NCBI RefSeq assembly: GCF_039654945.1 | Contig: NW_027361688.1 | Location: 31,434,001 to 31,498,000 of the forward strand | Source of the DNA: Dendrobates tinctorius | Lineage: Eukaryota | Direction: 5' to 3' | Length of the DNA: 64,000 nucleotides | Made by a program: the position numbers and the translations under genes | The notes under the pieces: generated by a model | Databases searched by the model: none | What the model saw: only the letters and a program-made list of their open reading frames with translations | Told to the model about the DNA's origin: nothing | Shown: in pieces, positions 59,972-64,000 of the stretch | Layout of the letters: each line of letters opens with the position of its first letter | Position numbering within the stretch: position 1 is the first letter of the stretch

Positions 59972-60690
59972 GTTCTGTGAGGTAAAAGCACCATAAAAAG
60001 GGCTCAGAAGGCACCTCCCGTGTGGAGATATGGGAGAGGTGAGTATAGAAGAGGGACAAAATGGTTCTGTGAGGTAAAAGCACCATAAAAAGGGCTCAGA
60101 AGGCACCTCCCGTGTGGAGATATGGGAGAGGTGAGTATAGAAGAGGGACAAAATGGTTCTGTGAGGTAAAAGCACCATAAAAAGGGCTCAGAAGGCACCT
60201 CCCATGTGGAGATATGGGAGAGGTGAGTATAGAAGAGGGACAAAATGGTTCTGTGAGGTAAAAGCACCATAAAAAGGGCTCAGAAGGCACCTCCCATGTG
60301 GAGATATGGGAGAGGTGAGTATAGAAGAGGGACAAAATGGTTCTGTGAGGTAAAAGCACCATAAAAAGGGCTCAGAAGGCACCTCCCATGTGGAGATATG
60401 GGAGAGGTGAGTATAGAAGAGGGACAAAATGGTTCTGTGAGGTAAAAGCACCATAAAAAGGGCTCAGAAGGCACCTCCCATGTGGAGATATGGGAGAGGT
60501 GAGTATAGAAGAGGGACAAAATGGTTCTGTGAGGTAAAAGCACCATAAAAAGGGCTCAGAAGGCACCTCCCATGTGGAGATGTGGGAGAGGTGAGTATAG
60601 AAAAGGGACAAAATGGTTCTGTGAGGTAAAAGCGCTCAAAAGGCATTTCCCGTGTGGAGATATGGGAGAGGTGAGTACAGAAGAGGGACA
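59972..60690. repeat. 92-bp tandem repeat (~8 copies) upstream of ccdc69
   Basis: Near-identical units GTTCTGTGAGGTAAAAGCACC…GAGGGACAAAATG. Confidence 0.95.
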
Positions 60691-60880
60691 AAGCTCTGAG
60701 GTGGCGGGACTGAGCCCTCAAAGTGAGGGACGCTTCATTCGATTCCAGGATGTTTGGGAAAAGCACTCAAAAGGCATCTCCCGGGTATTTTATTGTACTT
60801 TTCCCATTGACTATTTAGTGGCGTAACTTGAAGCTTGTGGGCCCCAACTATTGCAGGTCTTTCATAGTAATATTCTTTTC

Positions 60881-61908
60881 ATTGCCATTTCTGTGTGTGG
60901 TTCCACTATTACTCCCCAGCAACATGCCCGCTGTCTTGGGGTCATACTTGATTCCGAGCTTTCCTTTGCCCCCCACATTCGATCACTGGCTCGCTCTTGT
61001 CATCTGCACCTCAAAAACATTTCTAGAATTCGACCTTTTCTTACTTTTGACTCTGCAAAAACTCTTACTGTTTCTCTTATTCATTCTCGTCTCGACTACT
61101 GTAACTCTCTTCTAATCGGTCTCCCTCTTACAAAACTCTCCCCTCTCCAATCTGTCTTGAATGCTGCAGCCAGGATCATATTCCTCACCAATCGTTACAC
61201 CGATGCCTCTACCTTGTGCCAGTCATTACACTGGCTACCCATCCACTCCAGAATTCAGTATAAACTTATTACCCTCACCCACAAAGCCCTCCATGGCTCA
61301 GCACCACCCTACATCTCCTCCCTTGTTTCAGTATACCACCCTACCCGCGCCCTCCGTTCTGCTGATGACCTGAGGTTAGTATCCTCAATAGTCAGAACCT
61401 CCCACTCCCGTCTCCAAGACTTTACACGTGCCACGCCAATTCTTTGGAATGCACTTCCCAGGTCAATACGACTAGTCCCCAATCCCCACAATTTTAAGCG
61501 TGTCCTGAAAACGCATTTATTCAGACTGGCCTATCGCCTCAACACATTAACCTAACCTATCCCTGTGTGGCAGAGCCAAAAGTTTTACCATAACCAGGTT
61601 CCCAGCATCATGTTCCCACATGCTTTATGCATCCATTAGCCCTCTGTGTCTGTACTGTTACACACTTAACATTATGGCTGGTCCATACAATCAGGGCAAC
61701 TGTTACCACCCACCTTTCGTGTCTACCTCTTTCCTCATAGACTGTAAGCTTGCGAGCAGGGCCCTCTTTCCTCTTGGTATTTGTTATAATCTACTGTATG
61801 TGATTATTGTTATGCTGTAATGTCTATTGTCTGTACAAATCCCCTCTGAAATGTAAAGTGCTGCGGAATATGTCGGCGCTATAAAAATAAAATTTATTAT
61901 TATTATTA
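60881..61908 (+). mobile_element. 5'-truncated L2-clade LINE (ORF2 C-terminus, 3' UTR, (TTA)n tail)
   Basis: ARCLGVILDSELSF..HI, SRLDYCNSLL.GLP, LHWLPI..RI.YK, LWNALP, FK..LKTHLF; frame open to TAA at 61555. Confidence 0.92.
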
Positions 61909-62717
61909 TATTATTTCATGTAGGCCTAATGGACCTTTTGGACATACCAAATTTTTAAGAACAGAAAGATGGATATATCATGCAGTGCACGTCGCGGCAA
62001 ATTTTGGTCACACTCCAATCCATGCCCATTTACCATTTTTGTCTATCCTGGCAGTAGGAGTTGTCCGAGTAGCGCTGGCAGTGAAGAAAATGTAGCAGAC
62101 ACCCGAGACTGCAGGGCGTAGACCCAAATCCAGGACTGTCCGCTGTATCCGGGACAGTTGGGACTAGAGATGAGCTGATGGATTCACGGGACTCCAGTCC
62201 AGTGTCAAGGTCAGTGGTGCCTGTCGACTGGACGGGAGGCCGCAAATCTCTAACCTTCTGGAGTCCCCGGCGCGGCTTTTGATCTCCTAGGGTCGGTGGG
62301 ACGTCGTCTGTGCGTCCCACTCCTCTCGTTGGAACCTGAGGATTATTTTTTGTTCCTTCTTTCACAGTCGGAGCCGCCAGAACTTTCTCATCTCTATATA
62401 GCTTCACTATTTTGTGTCTGTAATGCCGTGTTCACACATTGCAGAAATACTTTGTTTTTGTTTTCTGCACGATCCGCAGCAATCTACACAATAACAATCT
62501 CCTCCCTCTTATTTGATGTGTTTCTGGTGCAGATGGGAAGCCGCGTTTTTAGTGTATTTTTTTTATAGTACAGAAAAGCTTTGATTCTGCACTTAAAGTC
62601 TCAGCAGTTTTTAACATGTTTTTTCTAAGCTCTGAAGAGAAGAAAGGGGAAAAAAAAGGACCAAAACCGCATAGATCAGCAGCGTCTTTAGACCACAGTG
62701 GGCACAGTTCTCATTAA

Positions 62718-63074
62718 GGCTATGTGCACACGGTGCGGATTCTGCAGCGGATCCGCAGCAGAACTGAGTGTGATGTACTGTAGCATTAAAGGCTATGTAA
62801 AACAAAATCCGCAGTGCACATGCTGCGGTTTTATCCGCGCAGATTTGGTGGGGAATGAAAAATGCAGCATGTCAGTTCTTTTGTGCGGTTTTGCTGAAGT
62901 TTCCACCTGCTGCATTCGAGAAATCCATAGGTGGAAAACCACACAAAACATGCAGTAAAACCGCACAAAAAATGGACTAAATCCGCAGGAAAAATGCAGG
63001 TCATTTGACCTACGGATTCAGTAAATTCTGCATGGAAAATTCCAAAGCAGAATACGCACCGTGTGCACATAGCC
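62718..63074. mobile_element. Harbinger-like CCGCA-rich MITE
   Basis: TAA|GGCTATGTGCACACGGTGCG … CGCACCGTGTGCACATAGCC|TAA. Confidence 0.85.
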
Positions 63075-63303
63075 TAAATCCCATCCACTTTGCTTGGACA
63101 GTTAAACAGCAGAATTTCTGTGCAAAAAAAGCAGCAGAAAATATGCAGCATTTAAGTTACATGTGAATAAGCTCTAAAGTTCCAAGTAAAATGGATATGA
63201 TTCCTTGAAATCTCCGCTCTCTGTGGTCTGAAAACGCCGCCGAACTCTGGGGTTTTGGTGCATTTTCCCTCTATAGTCGTCTTCTGAAAAAAAAACAAAC
63301 AAA

Positions 63304-63730
63304 GGCTAATTTCTTTCACACTAGTGTACTTGGGCGCAGCGCAGAGCCGCCGCTAAGCCCCGCCCCCAGCCACGCCCCCTCAGTCAGTTCCTCCTCTGAT
63401 CGCATGAGGCTGCATGCGATCAGCGTATCCTATATTTAGCGTTGGATACGCTAATCGTGCGCTGGTCTAATTTTGCTGGCGCTGCGCCCTTTTGGCGCTG
63501 CGCCCAGAGCACAAAAATGCAACACAGCGCGTTTTTGTGCGCTGGGAGCAGCGCCAAAAGGGCGTAGTGCCAGCAAAATCAGACCAGCGCACGATCAGCG
63601 TATCCAACGCTAAATATAGGATACGCTGATCGCATGCAGCCTCATGCGATCAGAGGAGGAACTGACCGGAGGGGGTGGGGCTTAGCGGCGACCCTGCGCT
63701 GCGCCCAAGAACTCTAGTGTGAAACTAGCC
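63304..63730. mobile_element. Near-perfect palindromic MITE (Harbinger-like)
   Basis: GGCTA…TTTCACACTAG … CTAGTGTGAAACTAGCC; ~200-bp arms flanked by AAA. Confidence 0.8.
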
Positions 63731-64000
63731 AAACACATGAAAAACAACGCTGTTACATTTTTAAGCTCAGACTCAAACCTTTTCTGTACTATTTAAAAAA
63801 GCGTTAAAAACTGCTTCATATCTGCACCAAAATCGCATCAAACAAGCGGGAAAACGCTTAAAAGAAACACAGCAAACACGCAATAATCGGAGAAGCAGAA
63901 AGAATGCAGCATTTACGCTACGTATGAACATTTCCTCAGCATTACAGTTTTATTTTTTTTACGGGTTTAGTAGAGAAAATATAACAATCACACCTTTTTT

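Noticed and set aside
59933-60766. Series of near-identical 88-aa ORFs
   Set aside because: Generated by the 92-bp tandem repeat.

Overview
Repeat-rich vertebrate genomic DNA, most likely from a frog (anuran; inferred from TTAA-type T2/Kolobok MITEs, V-SINEs, and the Penelope, Tc1 and LTR repertoire). Main host gene: a complete 9-exon ccdc69 on the minus strand (CDS 59479->20539, 285 aa, all introns GT-AG with consistent phases, intron 1 about 24 kb). About 2.5 kb beyond its stop codon, tail-to-tail, is an intronless, strongly diverged histone H2A gene (17694-18071, +). It has no lysine, 20 arginines, a partly neutralised acidic patch and an intact-looking CCAAT/GC/TATA promoter; this is the best candidate for something undescribed. 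A possible signal-peptide first exon of another minus-strand gene is at 11104-11152. The rest is mostly mobile DNA: a Gypsy element nested in a decayed BEL/Pao element (1-7361), Tc1 copies, many palindromic MITEs, V-SINEs with a partner L2 LINE, and several tandem arrays. There is also a set of Penelope-type inserts sharing one architecture (inverted arms, one-sided tail, 12-16 bp TSD). Seven hammerhead-ribozyme-like motifs were found, one in a ~320-bp tandem retrozyme-like unit that also carries an octamer motif. All calls were made by eye, without database searches.
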